DNA of 64,000 nt from Tubulanus polymorphus (GCF_964204645.1 NC_134027.1:19058560-19122559), one strand, 5' to 3'; counted from the first letter of the stretch, positions 1 through 13,652 are shown. A program made the numbers and translations. Notes: generated from the letters alone by a model not told the origin.

Positions 1-652
1 TCTGCCGATGACGTCAGATGTAAACAATAATATAACCACGTGCATCGCGCACATGTGTAAACAAACCTGGCAACAAATTAGATTTTTTGGCGCCAAAACT
101 TTTTTGATTTTTTCTTGTGTCCAATGATTTTTCAACTGGAGCCAACTGCTATGCCATTAGATTGTACAATCAAGTATTCACGTTTTATAGACTCTCTCTG
201 AAATAATTCTTGTCCAGGGGACATGTATTGAAATATCTATTGTCGTTGTTTTTGTTTTTTTTTTTATTTTTAGGATATAAACAGCCTAGAAGAAACATCA
301 TCTGGCAGACACACATTTGACTACAGATCATATCCTGTTATAAAATGTGTTTAATAAATATTTTACTCAAGTTTTCTTGCCATTAATACTTCCTGACTAC
401 TTTTATTTTATGGTTATCTAATCGCAAGGCAAACATAGGTGGGGTTCCTTTGGCCCTCCGAATATATAGGACCAAAAGGGGTATTTTATGCCATTTCGAT
501 TTATTTTTGCTTAGAAAATTTATTCAAATACTTTTTGGCGGGCACATTCAAATTCTGAAGGGTAGGTATTCAAATTTTCCAATCAATGTGGGAGGTGTCT
601 AGGTCTATATGCATTTCACAAACGAACGTCCTCTTTTAAAGTTTCTTTCTAG
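1..652 (+). mobile_element. 3' part of a Helentron-associated (HINE-like) element, family A, second copy
   Basis: 1-566 is near-identical to 17997-18561 and 565-652 matches 18756-18844, i.e. an internal deletion of about 195 bp. Ends AACGAACGTCCT...TTTCTAGT. Confidence 0.8.
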
Positions 653-3139
653 TTGGTAGTAAATAATGACCTCAAATTAATATAAGGACCGTTCTTGATT
701 TTGACGATCTTTGGAGCATTAACTATCGAAAAGTGATTTTTTTATGTCAGGGTATCCCTAGCTGATCATGATTAAGCGTTAAGCTGTTATCATTTAGACG
801 TTTAAGCCGGTCATCGAAATTTGTTGGATTCAAAATTAGATAGGCCAGTATGGGAAAGTGCCATTTCTCTGACGCCTGGTTGGTGCATGAATCATACAAA
901 AGTTGGATTCAACGCAGACCAATTTCAACAGCAGCTAGGTGAAATCTCGCAAACAAAGTGAAACTCATGAGCTCATTTTAAAATCTGTGACCATGAGAAA
1001 TTCGGCTAAAGACAAGTCACATGAGTTGGCCGATGTAATTTCAGCCATCGAAACTCAAAAGGAGCAAATTAATCGATTGTAAATAGGTCGATGAGCTGTA
1101 ATTTAATTTTGTATAATTTTGTTATTTTTGCTTTGGATAGTATGTCTTTTTGATGGCGAGGTCTACCTGTAGTTCCGTTGAAAGGCCCACAGATTTCTTG
1201 TTTTAAAGTTATTAATTTCTGATACATGTAGTAAATCTTTCTTAAAATAAAGCTGAAAGATTCCAAAGTTATCAAGTGCTCTGCTACGCGTGGATGTTTC
1301 TTTATGATGATTTGCGTTTGTACTTCTTTAAAATTTCTGCAATAAAGGAATTTTCATTGCAATAAATTCGCCTTAGATATGTTTATATGGTATTTTTCAG
1401 AAAATAGTACTTGAATTTTGTTGAAATAGGTCCTTGAAAGTACTTGAATTAAGTTGGGCCTGGAGGCTATGAACCCTGCTTCAATCATCTGGAGTAGACA
1501 AATTATCTGAAGATAAATGAAAACTTCACCTTGATGATCATCAGTTGATTTTGCTTTAATTTTTTTTGCCTGGATAAATCAACATATCCGTCATTTCAAA
1601 ATCTGTGTTCAGTAGAATTTCTTTCAATAAATTAAAAATTTATTTGACTTATTTTTATGTATTGAAGATTGAATTTGAATTGATCTTAAAAACCAAAGAA
1701 AGCATTCAGCAATTTAGAAAATCCTAGACTCAAAATCAAAGTCAGTTAGGGTCTTTTGCCCGAATCAAGCCGAGGGCTCATATAGCTAAACTCAACTCCT
1801 CAGTGTCCCTATGATGCCGAGTATGATGGAGTTTACACCCTGAAAAACGATGGGCTGTGTAAGTGTAATTTGGATAAGTCCGCAATATAATGACCGCCCT
1901 GACCATATTGCTTCGATGACAAACTGAGTCCTAAGCAAGATGACCTTCCAAATCAAATGTATATTAAGAAAGAAAACAACAAAATTAATTGATCGACAAA
2001 AAATAAATTATTTATTACGATACTTCAATTTCAAAATAAGGATAGGAAAAAGAGTGAACAATAAATGTGTTTGCCTTGCGTCTTTTAATATTTGCCAGGA
2101 ATATTTCTTTTTCTGGCCACCACCTGCCTCGACGTGAGACTTTTTCGAGATAATTTCGCTAAAGATACAAAACAACACAAAACACCTAGAATCAAACAAA
2201 ATACAACTAAAAAATTCACTAAATTTCGGTTTTAAATCCCTCAAATAGCAGTTAACTTACATGAAACGAATCATCAAACTTCTTCTGCCGACAGTTTACA
2301 AACTCGCAGACAAACGCCCAAAACGAACCGTGTCATGGTAAACATCTGGATTTGAATGAAATAAAGCTGAAAAATTTACCAAATTTTGGTTTTGAATCCC
2401 TCAAATAGCCTTTTACTTACAAATGATGGATAATCAAACAACTATGAACTCCTACAACGCCACATGTCTTTTAATCTACATTGAAATCCTTGAATTAAAT
2501 GAATTAAATCTTAAAATTCCGATTTGAACCCATTGTAGGCTCTCGTTCTACTTGTAGGCCTTAGATCTTGAAATAGGATAAATAATGTTATGATGGAAGA
2601 GGTATAATGTTTGGCAATAATAATTGAATCCAATATGGCTTTTTGCCCTGCAAAGTTTGCTTTTGAAATATTCTTTTGATTTGGCCTAGTTACACATTTT
2701 AAAAGCAAATGACATTTTGCATCAAACTAAAAGCAGTTTTTTTAGAAATGATTCGAGTCGCACAATTTATAGCCTAGAACTAATTTCTTCGTCAAAGCGT
2801 GATGCACAATTTTGACTCTCAATTATATGGATCGGAAACCCTCTAGCGATGCACTCTATGATCTTTAGAACCTGTCTCTCCTGACTGGGAATAAGGTCTG
2901 AGAATAAGCGACACTCAATGCTAGTGTTTAAGGCCTGTAAGCACGAGTTCTCAGCGCAAATGGGGCGGGGCAAAGCGTCAGTGGTCCCGCTCCACGAAAA
3001 AGCGTGCGGGCAATGCGCGCAGTGCCCGTTGCTTGGTTTTTCAAAGAAATGACTGCAAGCGTACGGCCGTGATGTGCAGCCCTGCACTGTATTTGTGCAA
3101 TGGTGCTGATTTGGGACTTGAGATAGGGATCCCATGCAG

Positions 3140-4505
3140 CGGAAATTTTGGGGTTTGGTGTTTTGCTGTTGCGTTTGATGAAACCGAGGGATTTGTTTGC
3201 AGTTCTGAATATATGTGATACATGATGGTTCGTTCCACTTTAGTGAGTGGTCGATGTCTATGCCTAGGTATCGTGCGTGGAGCACCGACTGAAGTGAATG
3301 GCCATGTAGTGTGTTGGATGTAGGGATGGGCTTATGTGAAGTTATATGGATTACTTGGCATTTCGTTGGATTAAACTCCATGTCCCATTGGTCTTCCCAG
3401 CAATCAAGCTTTGTAAGGTCACTCTGTAGTGTGTTCTGGTCTATGGGCTTTAGTATTGTGAGATAAAGAGCAGTGTCATCCGTAAAGGGACAGACACTGC
3501 ACTTCGCTTGTTCGGGGGGTCATTAATGTATATGAGGAAGAGTATCGGGCCCAGGACTGAGCCCCGTGGAACTCCTTATGTTTCCAGAATAGGAGAGGAA
3601 TGTCACCAGATACTACAACTGTTTGGAGGCGATGGGAAATGAAACCTTTGATCCAGTTGACCGTTTTGGGTTCAACACCATGTTTTCTGAGCTTGTGGAG
3701 AAATTTGGAGTGGTTGACTTTGTCAAAGGCTTTACTAAAGTCTAGTAGGTCTACCTGTTTGCCGGCCTGGTTGGTACGAGAAAGGTCATCGATCAGGGAG
3801 ATCAGTTGTGATTCGCAAGATATCTTCTCTCGGAAACTGTGTTGGAGATCAAATCCCTTTACTGTGAAAGTTATACTCAGCATGGTGGAAAAGTTATTTG
3901 GGCGGCTTTCTGAGCACAGTTGTTTCAGGTTGGCTGGTGAGCGTGGTGAAAAGACTGATTGAAACTGGTTATTCAGGATTTCTGCTTTATCAATATTATC
4001 ATTGAACATCCTTCCATCTTTTTTTCAATGATGGGATTCCAAATGAGTCTCGCTTACGGGATTTCAGGTACGAGAAAAATTTTTTTGTGTAAAGATTGTT
4101 GTGTTTTCCTCACTTGAGTTCAGGAGGTTTGCGACATACTTATTATGTGCCTGTCTAAGTAGTCTCTGGATTTGATGTCTTAGATTAGTGAAGTCTTTAT
4201 GTTGCTTGCTATTGCCTAATTTCTCTATCTCTACGATTGAGAGATTTCTCTTGCTTATAAGACGTCTAATGTGTTGGATCATCCAGGTTATCCAGCATGG
4301 GGTGGGTTCCTAGGATTTTCATTGGGATGAATTTTGCCGATGCCCTCCTGATTTTTGCTCTAAGGTCAGTCCAGAGGGTTTCTACTGTTCTGTCGCAGTT
4401 CTTTAGGAAGCTCGCCTGGAAAACAGTAAAATGGGCTTTAAGGGCATCCCAGTTCATTTTGTTATGCAGCGGTACTTGTTTTATCTTGGGCTTGCTTATG
4501 ACTGG
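3140..4505 (-). mobile_element. Decayed non-LTR retrotransposon (CR1-group-like) RT fragment
   Basis: Broken ORFs with DKAEILNNQFQSVF, SCESQL, LLDFSKAFDKVNH, W.MEFNPTKCQVIHIT and YLGIDI...LKW. Frameshifts and internal deletions. Boundaries approximate. Confidence 0.85.
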
Positions 4506-5025
4506 TTTGCCAAAATCGGCATATTTGCTAATTTTTGAAATTTTCATGGGAAATTTTTGAAATGTTCTGATCAATCATATTGAGGTTTGGTATGTAATAA
4601 ACATTGTATATCCCCAAAGATATGTACCAATTATTTTGGCACCAGAATCAACAATGAAATGAACAGGTTTTTAACCCACTCTGGTGGCAGTTCCTGTAAC
4701 ACCACTAGATCACAAACTAGTGAAATCCAGTGCTTGATACTCAATGCAAGTGCAGCGGGCTTGTCGATTGGTTGACTGTAAATTCTACAACCCTACGTAC
4801 ATAGGTGATAACAAATTTGCACATGGAAAGTAATTGGGCGCTTTATTATAAAAAATGCAGGTTGATCAATCACTTTATTGGCGATCTTCAAAAATATTAT
4901 TATTCAAAAATAAAGTCAGCTGACTTCCCCGGGTGAACATAAACAAAAATAAGACCTTGAAACTCAAAAATTGACAAGTTGCTTGTATTCCGATTGAATC
5001 ATTTCAAAACATTTTACATTTGCAG

Positions 5026-5131
5026 TGCTGTTCCAGTTGATTGGATACACAATAAACTCAGACAGTTTGGTTTGGATGTCTATGAACATAATTATTCTTA
5101 TGTTTACCCACTTCAGTTGTCTGAAAATCAG
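5026..5131 (+). CDS. GPAA1: GPI-anchor attachment 1 protein, first coding exon visible in window (upstream exons not found here)
   Basis: tttgcAG|...|GTaatt. Translates (x)AVPVDWIHNKLRQFGLDVYEHNYSYVYPLQLSENQ, resembling human GPAA1 [23 protein letters not shown]. Ends in phase 0, compatible with the next exon. Confidence 0.88.
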
Positions 5132-6287
5132 GTAATTTTTTCGAAGATCTTCATTTAATCAAAAAAATAGGTGTGATGTCATTTCACTGCATAAGGCTCT
5201 TCAAAGTTAATACCTTGTTTCTCATTAAATCGCGGCGCCATGGCATCACTCCCGAAAGCCAAAATAAGAAGAAACTGGACCGAAACCAGCATCAGATTGC
5301 TCTTTGTTTTTAGAATCCACCATTAATTCATTCATAATGTATGCATGATATTTAAAAAAAAGATTTTTAACCCCCCTTTCCTATACGCAAGCATACGTTC
5401 ATAGCCACCCCCATTCGCACTTGAGAAAAATGCGGTGTCATCTGGGTTGCGTTCAACGTACGTGAAGGCCTACCTTCAGGCACAAATCAAAAGCAGGTAA
5501 CGATGCAGAAAAGATTGATTTCATTTTAACATGATTTCAGATAAATTCACAGTAAGTTTTATATTGATAATAGACATATCGGCGAATATACTGCATATCA
5601 TTTGACCCATCTCCCCGGTACAGACTTGTACACAGCAGACATAACCCCCTCCTCCCGACGTGCATACTTATCATATAAATCCTAATTGGTTAATCCAAGG
5701 ATCATGAGTTCGAATCCTAGTTTCATGAAACATTTGTTTGGTAAAATGTATTATGGGTTTGAATTAGCAATTTTTCGGCATCCTAATGCAACTGTGCGCT
5801 AAAGTGAAAGAACTATTTTCATAATGCTTAGAGCTACATTGTATTTTCACCAAACTTGACACACGGATACCTCATTTTCCAAATCCATCTAAATACCGGT
5901 ATCTAGCGCATGTGATGATCTCTAAGTGGCTCTCTACTTAAGAATTTTTCAAGGAAACTTCATAGGATTCATCGTAGGCTACCGGTTTTAAAACCATCAA
6001 GGTTGAAAACGCATTATCGCCATTAAATTTACGATTAGAATTCTTGTGACCTATTCAGGGCACAGATTATTTGTAAAACACCTTCTTCTTACTGATTGAA
6101 TCTTCATTCAGGTCATGTTTTTAAATCGCTGAGAAGTGATAGCTAAGAAATCATGATGAATGATGGTGAAATAGAATACATTTAAGAACTTGCTGCAGGA
6201 TATATTTTTTGATACGTCATTACACTAACTGCATTGATTAATCCGAGAGATTTGATGAAAGTGAAAGTTTTTTTTTTTCATTCTCAG

Positions 6288-6447
6288 GTTATTTCGGCGA
6301 AGAATATTTACGCTATCTTACGAGCACCGAAATCGGCGAGTACGGAGTCAGTAGTTTTGAGTACAGTAATTAGAAACAGTGATGGGCCATTACCTTCAAA
6401 TGCGGCTGGCGTTGGCTTAATTCTAGCTATGGCTAAATTCTTTAAGA
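6288..6447 (+). CDS. GPAA1: GPAA1 coding exon (lumenal M28-peptidase-like domain)
   Basis: ttctcAG|...|GTgag. VISAKNIYAILRAPKSASTESVVLS...GVGLILAMAKFFK matches the GPAA1 motif NVYGILRAPRAASTESLVL. Confidence 0.95.
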
Positions 6448-6596
6448 GTGAGAGTCTTTGTTAAACAGTAATTAATAAGCAAAAGGTCTTGTTAAAGTTG
6501 AATAGCAATATGTATACCGGTAATCTTGATTGGCATCTGATATTTGTCTGTCATTAAATGAATAGGAAATTTTAAGCATGGCTTTCGTCATTTCAG

Positions 6597-6698
6597 AACA
6601 TACGTACTGGGCAAAAGATATAATATTTCTGATGACTGATCATGAGGCTATTGGTACACAGGCCTGGCTGGAAGCATACCACAGTACTCACAGTAAAT
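6597..6698 (+). CDS. GPAA1: GPAA1 coding exon
   Basis: tttcAG|...|GTatgt. [33 protein letters not shown] carries the hallmark YWAKDI.FL and AWLEAYH motifs. Phases 1/1 fit the neighbours. Confidence 0.96.
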
Positions 6699-6961
6699 GT
6701 ATGTATTATAGACGTTAACCCTTTCAGTACTAGCCATTTTTGTGTTGTACTACTGAGACGATTTAGTGTCGCCAGTTAACTTTGTATTTCTCAGAATCTA
6801 CTCAACCTAAAATAAAAAATTAACAAACTACACTCAATTTTTGATATGATATAGGGCTACATTTTATACTTTTCATTGTGTATTCATACATTCAATACAG
6901 GCCATCTTAGATTTGAAATTGCCAAGGCAAATTTCAGGACTATAGTAATCCTCAAAATAGA

Positions 6962-7695
6962 CAGAGATGAGAATTCCCCGCGGATCCGCGGTTTCCCGCG
7001 GATTTCAGTATTGAAAAATATCAATTTTCCAAATAGTCCAAAAATGATGTAAAAGTATGGGGGGGGGGGGTGATGATCTCACTCAATTGGTCCGGCGCGA
7101 ACGGTAATCAGGTGAACCGTAAAAGCGTTCAGTGCCTGTTTTACTTATCGTCACGTAAAAGTATCGCATTTCAATGCATATTCATTGCAACACAGTGATT
7201 TTGTATGTACATTTGTACTACGATGAGTTTGTATGTATTTTATCGATTATGCAGACACGCACGCACAGCAACAGTAGTAACGTATATAGGTCTACTTACT
7301 GTTGCTGCGTGTGTGTGGCGAACGCTTTCGGATATTATACACTACTTGGTGATGATTTTTAGTGAGCATTCATCGGCGCATTTTTACTGCAATAATTCAG
7401 GGCTCGACCCGTAATGCATGAGATGCTGAATGTCATCAAATGAGGATGTACCACATTGGAACTAGCCATTACCTTCCAAAATATAATAGTCGTTCATGGG
7501 TTCGAGATCGCTCTAAGTGCTCGGAAAACGTATTTAATTTCTAAAATTTTCTTGGGGGAGGGCCCCCAAACCCCCCCGAAATAGCTTCGCGCCTTCAGCG
7601 CTAGCTAGTGCTGACGGCTACGCCGTCAGCTGGTTCGCGTATGTCACTCAAGAAAAATAACCCGCGGATTTTACAGGTCTGCATTCTCATCCCTG
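6962..7695. mobile_element. hAT-like non-autonomous element (MITE) with 7-bp TSD
   Basis: TIR CAGAGATGAGAAT...ATTCTCATCCCTG, flanked by AAATAGA at 6955-6961 and 7696-7702. Confidence 0.8.
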
Positions 7696-8554
7696 AAATA
7701 GAGTCGATCTGACTCCATACTGCAATCGATAACTACACTTGTTAGCCACTTGGGATCTGTCATCCGTTAGTCTGTAGACAGAATCAAGTTTTGGCAAGTG
7801 TCGAAGACACTTCAATGGATTGTCTTGATCTTTGGTTTATACATCATCTGCCCGAAAACTGGTCAGAATCAAGATGTCTGACTGGCAGTGTTTGCCAAAA
7901 TAGGCATTTTTTACAAGTTTTAAAGGGAAATTTTGAAAACGTTTCGATCAATTATCTTGATCTTTCACATATGTTTGTAGCCCCTATGGTGCAACAGCAT
8001 AAGGAAAGTTTGGTCGACTGGACACGAGATGGCTGTCCTGTGACCTTTTTTGTGGCCAAAAAGGTCATTTCTTTCCCTGTATTCTGACACCTGTAGCTTC
8101 CGTATGGTTTGCCCAGTGCTTCATCGAGCATTAAAAAAGGGTAGGGTGCTTTTTTGCGCGTGATTCCATTGGAGCAACGGCACATGATAACACAATCATG
8201 TCTGTTTTAAGGGCAGCCTGCAATGTTCCCCTATTGCATAGAATAAAGGTACCCCCTACTACGAATGAGGACTTAAACTATGTTTAACTCTGATTTTGCC
8301 ATGATTTCAATTCAGATATATGAGTGACACACTTGACCACCGTACATCCTTACACCTATGCCTGTCAATGAACAAAAGTTAACCAATAATATGATAGACA
8401 GGAATATTGAATTATATAAAATTTGCTTATTTGTTACTTATGACGTTGTATGTTGATTGAGTTTTTGAGTCATTGGTACTTGCATATGGTCACCAGGGGG
8501 CGTTGAATAGCAAAATAACTTAGTATTTTCATATTTGATTGGTAGCTAGGCATA

Positions 8555-9255
8555 CAGTTGACCCCGCTCTAACTGTCAGCGTGTAATTCGTCATTCTGGC
8601 TTAATTGTCATTTTTCTTAGAGCACTGATAAATTCATATAAGTCATCGTTTTGCTTAAATCGTCACTATTTTGCTGGTCCGTTAGTGTTGCTGATACGTA
8701 AAATAACATCAGTCAATACTGCACAAATGAATGTATACAACAACAGATACAGCACTGTTTAATCACGCACGCAACTATACACAAAAAATCGTTACATACA
8801 TACATGCTTGTTATACTTTCCTCATCGCACGTACACGTTCATAGTACTAGAGCCTCAGTATAGTGGTCAACAAAATGGCGCCAAAAAGTTTGTAAGAAAC
8901 TTGCAAAGGAAAGTGAAAAATTTTGAAATTCATTAAAAAGAAACCGTCCATGGAAATAAAATGGTTGCCAATGAAAAGTTGACAGCTTTCGTCAATGTGG
9001 CTTAACTTCAATGCGTAGCCAAAGTAACGAAGTATCGTGTAACAAAGTCAAAATGAAATGCGCCAATTTTTATTTTCACCTCATGATGGGTAATGTATGG
9101 AAATAACCTAACCCATCGAATACATCCATAGGCCGTTTCCAGAAATAGACACAAGACTGGTGATATGAGTCACAAAGTCAAATGCACTTAATTCATCGGA
9201 TAAATCATCATTTTTAAGCTGGTCCCTAAAGTGGCGATTAAAGCGAGGTTTACTG
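8555..9255. mobile_element. Tc1/mariner-pogo-like MITE
   Basis: TA|CAGTTGACCCCGCTCTAA...TTAAAGCGAGGTTTACTG|TA: imperfect TIRs with TA TSD. Interrupts a repeat unit (ggcata|tttg) that recurs at about 9362. Confidence 0.65.
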
Positions 9256-9606
9256 TATTTTGCTACCACAAACAATTGCACAGTCAAAGCTCGACATTTC
9301 AGGTCACCCGGGTGCATTGAATAGCTGAAAGAATTTGTATTTTCATATTGTATTGGTCTTTAGGCATATTTTGTAACTACAATGAATTACGAAATTGTAG
9401 CCTGTGGCATGTTCTATGAATATGTTGAAATTAAAGGTCATTGGTTTTTGTACATGGTCACCAGGGGGCATTGAACAACTGAATAAATTAGTATTTTCAT
9501 ATTGTATTGGTCTCAAGGCTTATTTCATAACCGCAATCAATCGCAAAATTGGAGCTAGTGACATGTTCTATGATTGTGGTGAATTTTATGGTCATTGCTT
9601 TCTTAA

Positions 9607-10179
9607 CCCTTTCGCTGCGTACACGCTTGCACCGCCCCGTACGTAAGGTATTTTCCGAAATATTCGATTTTTTTCAAATTGTTTTTAACCCCGATTTTTC
9701 GCGTTTTTATCGAAGATTATGATGTTATTTAGTGAAAATCAGTAAAAAATCATACCAACAGCCTTTTCTGTAGGGGGGGCGTGTTGGGGGGGGGTCAGGA
9801 TGGGTTAGAAATTTTTTTTTTTCAGTTTTTCACCCAAGTGCCTATCTCAGTCTTTGGTGATTGATGCTACGGTGTGGATGAAAGAAATTCAATTGATATG
9901 GGATATCCTTTTCCGCTGGTAGAGGTACGTAAGTGGGGAGCCATCTCAATCCCGCGCAAATTACCATGTGCTCAACAGGCTGACAGCACCAACTACTGAC
10001 GCATTTTCGCCATCTGTTGTTTAGAAAGCTAACTATCTTGTCTTACATGCGTTTCCATACTGTTTGCTGTGTACGCGTTCGAGTTATAAATCAATAGGTG
10101 CATGACGTTTCTACAACGTCATACGCACAGCACGTGTCACTCATATGACGTTTCCAAAACGTCACACGTAGCGAAAGGG
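9607..10179. mobile_element. piggyBac-like MITE
   Basis: TTAA|CCCTTTCGCTGCGT...ACGTAGCGAAAGGG|TTAA. Splits a host repeat unit (ggtcattg...tatgttcaccagggg). Confidence 0.85.
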
Positions 10180-11554
10180 TTAATATGTTCACCAGGGGTG
10201 TTGAATTTTGAAATTTTCTGTTTGTTGAGCATCTCAAACCACTTCTCAAGCGTGGTGTCCCTGGATCCTTGGTTTTCATTGATATGATGAAAAAAGAAAT
10301 TTATTTGAACAATATATTTCACAGAAATATGGTATGGAAACAACAAACTTGTGTCATGATATTGGGTCTGGGTGAATCCTGGGTACTTCCAGAGCTGCCA
10401 ACTGTTCCTGATAATCAGTATTTATTACTATTTTATATCAAGAGATTTGTTTGATGCATACAGAATTATGAAAGCTGTTACTGAGGGTGTTACTGTTGAT
10501 TTCTGATTGATTAAATGTACTCCCTAGGTCTACTAAATCAAAATAATTGCCATCAGTGTCCATCAATACCTCCATAAACAGATTATCCCTATCCTTTGTC
10601 CATATCAAGAGCCATTCTTGCCATCGGAATTCAATTGCGTATCTATCATCTTCAACATCAATTTACGGATCTTTTAACGGCTTTCCAGCTATTTTTTATC
10701 CGCTTTGATGTCTTACTTAGTTGACGTACAGCACTAACCCAAATTTCGCTTATGGAAGTCGGCATGATTAATCTAAATAATTTTCGCTTTGAAGAAATTT
10801 AATTAATGTGTTGGACTTTATAGAGTACTTGATCACAATGCTCAGGAAGTCAGAATTAAAACTTAATTTGTCCGAGGCAAAATTAAATGATTTTTCAAAT
10901 ATTCATGATTAACAGGCACTTTTTTGAAATAAGTTAGAATGGGGCCTATATGCTTTTCCTCTCGGTGTTCATAAAAGATAAATAATCATATGTGTTTGGA
11001 ATAAAGTGGTACACCAAAAAAAATAAAGCCAGTGCAGTTCTCCAGAGAAATCCGGCAATCTCCATTATAAACCAATATGGAGCACTGATTTAGAGAGGTG
11101 ACAGAACACAAGGTCCCATCTTATTACTTCACTGAGGTGCTTGGATGTTGACATGCCATTCCCATTTGTGCGATAGTTCTTAAGTTTATCAGATGGCGCT
11201 AGCTGACAGAACGCCAACAGAAGATTATTTTCAGTTAAAATACGATGCGGGTCACATGAAAATTTTGTTTAAGTTCAATGTTTCTGTATTTGTTCTTCAT
11301 TGGGCATTTGATATTGAAATTGTATGATTGTTGAGCATTTCAAACCTCTAACTAAATGGACATGGTGTTCCTGGACCCTTAGTTATTTCTTTCAGCAACC
11401 CAAGGAATTCTCTTAAAAACAACTTTTCCACAAGAACACCAAAAAATTAGATTGAATTCAATATTGAATATTTTCTATTTCACATCTCAGAGAACTAAGG
11501 GATTGTCAGGTTGATTTACTGGTACATTATTGATTTTCACTCTGTCAATTGTAG

Positions 11555-11751
11555 ATATTCATTCAGAAGACATAAATGGCAGAGCTGGTTCAATTCAGGC
11601 AGCCATTAACATTGAAATTGAGTCTTCTCATATTGGGTATTTCGATATTCGAAGTGAAGGACTCAACGGACAGCTGCCAAACTTAGACCTCATAAATTTA
11701 TGCGTCAGGTTGTGCGAAAAAGAACGTATGACACCTAAACTTCATCACAGG
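11555..11751 (+). CDS. GPAA1: GPAA1 coding exon
   Basis: ttgtAG|...|GTtagt. IHSEDINGRAGSIQAAINIE...EGLNGQLPNLDLINL...HHR carries the hallmark GRAG.IQAA and EGLNGQLPNLDL motifs. Confidence 0.96.
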
Positions 11752-13452
11752 GTTAGTAGAACACTTTGTAAAACAGTACTATAGCCACTTTTCAACTCTT
11801 TCGATGCTATTCTCGCATTATTGAATTGCTCTATTCAGTTATCCTTGTGCAGTTGAATTTTGATTTCATTTCCATTCATTCTGCGCCTAAACGGGTAATC
11901 CCTAACGGCTCTTCACCTACTGTACTGTATTATACAATCGATGTATGTTGGTGTTTCATATTAGGCCCTATGTTACTACCACTTCACACCGGTGACCTAA
12001 ATTGGCCATTATAGTTTTTACTACGCAAGGGCACCACGAGTAAACAGAAAAGAAGGAAAATGTTGCAGATTTTAAAAGAAACGTGCAATGTCAAGTCTGT
12101 TGAAGGACTAATGTCTGGTATATTATGTTAGGATGAATAAAATTAGTAATGGCATTTGACCACCATTACGCTAAAAAATTCCGTATTTTTATCCTATGAT
12201 TTTCGTGGTTCTTCAAACCAGTAACCGCCTGATTCAGTAGGTCCCAACTGTACTAGTTTATGCAGTGTACTGTATTATGGTTTTGGCTTTACTGTGGTCA
12301 TGTGAGGTTTGTGTTTTTGCAATAACCCAAAAACCAGTTGAGATAAAATCGTTAAATGTTAATGTTATGTAGAACATTGATTTTCACATGAGAATGTAAG
12401 ATGACATTATATATCGGTAGATGGAACTAGGTCATAGTACCATCAAAGTTGGCTGACTGGTGGTTTGTAACTGAATCATAAAGAGCAATGATATCTTATG
12501 ATATTGTCTTCATTAATTTTCGGGAAATAACTGATCAGATACCAAATAACTGCTTAGCAATTTTCATTAAAGTAATGTTAATGTTGGACCTGGGATGTGC
12601 AGGGGATATAAGTGTGTTTGCAAGTAATGGAATTTCTTAGTTCATTGTTCTCACCACCATGTGGAGATGTAATCTGCATACATATTCGAAATGGAGGGAA
12701 TTTCAGAGAATTAATATTTGTCTGTACATACGGCTCGACGATGCTTTTATAACGTTGATTCTTCCAAGTACAGATAGTGATCTTGAGGATAATGTGATGA
12801 TATTGTAGGAAATACGTAGTAGCGTAAAGAATGCTGTGTCAGTAAAGTGTGTCCCGGCAAAAGTGTCATAATAATAGAAGTCAAGGAAATAACAATTCAG
12901 TGTTGACCCTAAATACATTCAATTTCTCTATCTATATTGGTATCTGGGTATATTTGGTATACAATCAATTGCGAAGTTGTAGATCATGACATATTCTACG
13001 ATTGTGCTGAGTTTCAATGTACTTAATTTTTTTCTGTAGGCCTATAGGCCCTACCAGTTGAATATTGATATAATACTGTATTTCCATTTACATTGGCACC
13101 TTATCATATTCTATAACCAAAACAATGCGGTGGGTCGTCATGACATAACCATAATGATTAGCAAAGTTTAAGCCTATGACCTGTTCTTGAATTCAGTGGT
13201 TTCTACGTCGATTCATTGTAAAATTATCAAGAATTTTTCAGTGCCGTCTCCCAAAGTGGGCGTAGTGTCACTGGACCCGTATTTCAGTTTAGGCTATTTA
13301 TTTGACTTCATAAGTTTGATGCAAAACATTCTGACCAAATTTCTGGATTGTAGTTAAAACATTCTGCCCAAATTTCTGGATTGTAGTTATGTTATCAAAT
13401 GAAAAAAGGATTAGATATTTCAAATCTAACCCAGAAATATTATGATTTTCAG

Positions 13453-13652
13453 GGTGATTATTGGAACATGGACAGTAAAGAAGGATTTCAACATTCACTT
13501 AAGACATATTTATCAATGATGTGGCACCAGGCATCAGGAAGTGTGTCTGGTAATCATGGTTTATATCATCGTTACGGAATTGAAGCCGTTACATTAGCTG
13601 GTGTGAAAAGTAGACGGGCAACTTCAAAACAAGGTTTCACTCCTATGGGCAG
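13453..13652 (+). CDS. GPAA1: GPAA1 coding exon
   Basis: ttttcAG|...|GTaagt. GDYWNMDSKEGF...QASGSVSGNHGLYHRYGIEAVTLAG...MGR matches QASG.P.G.HGLF.RY.VEA.TL. Confidence 0.95.

Noticed and set aside
653-5025. Search for the GPAA1 start and N-terminal exons (MGLL..., TY.SENA motif)
   Set aside because: No matching exon was recognised by eye. They probably lie upstream of the window.
5680-5725. B-box-like GAGTTCGAATCCT
   Set aside because: Isolated motif with no supportable A box or tRNA fold. At most a SINE relic.
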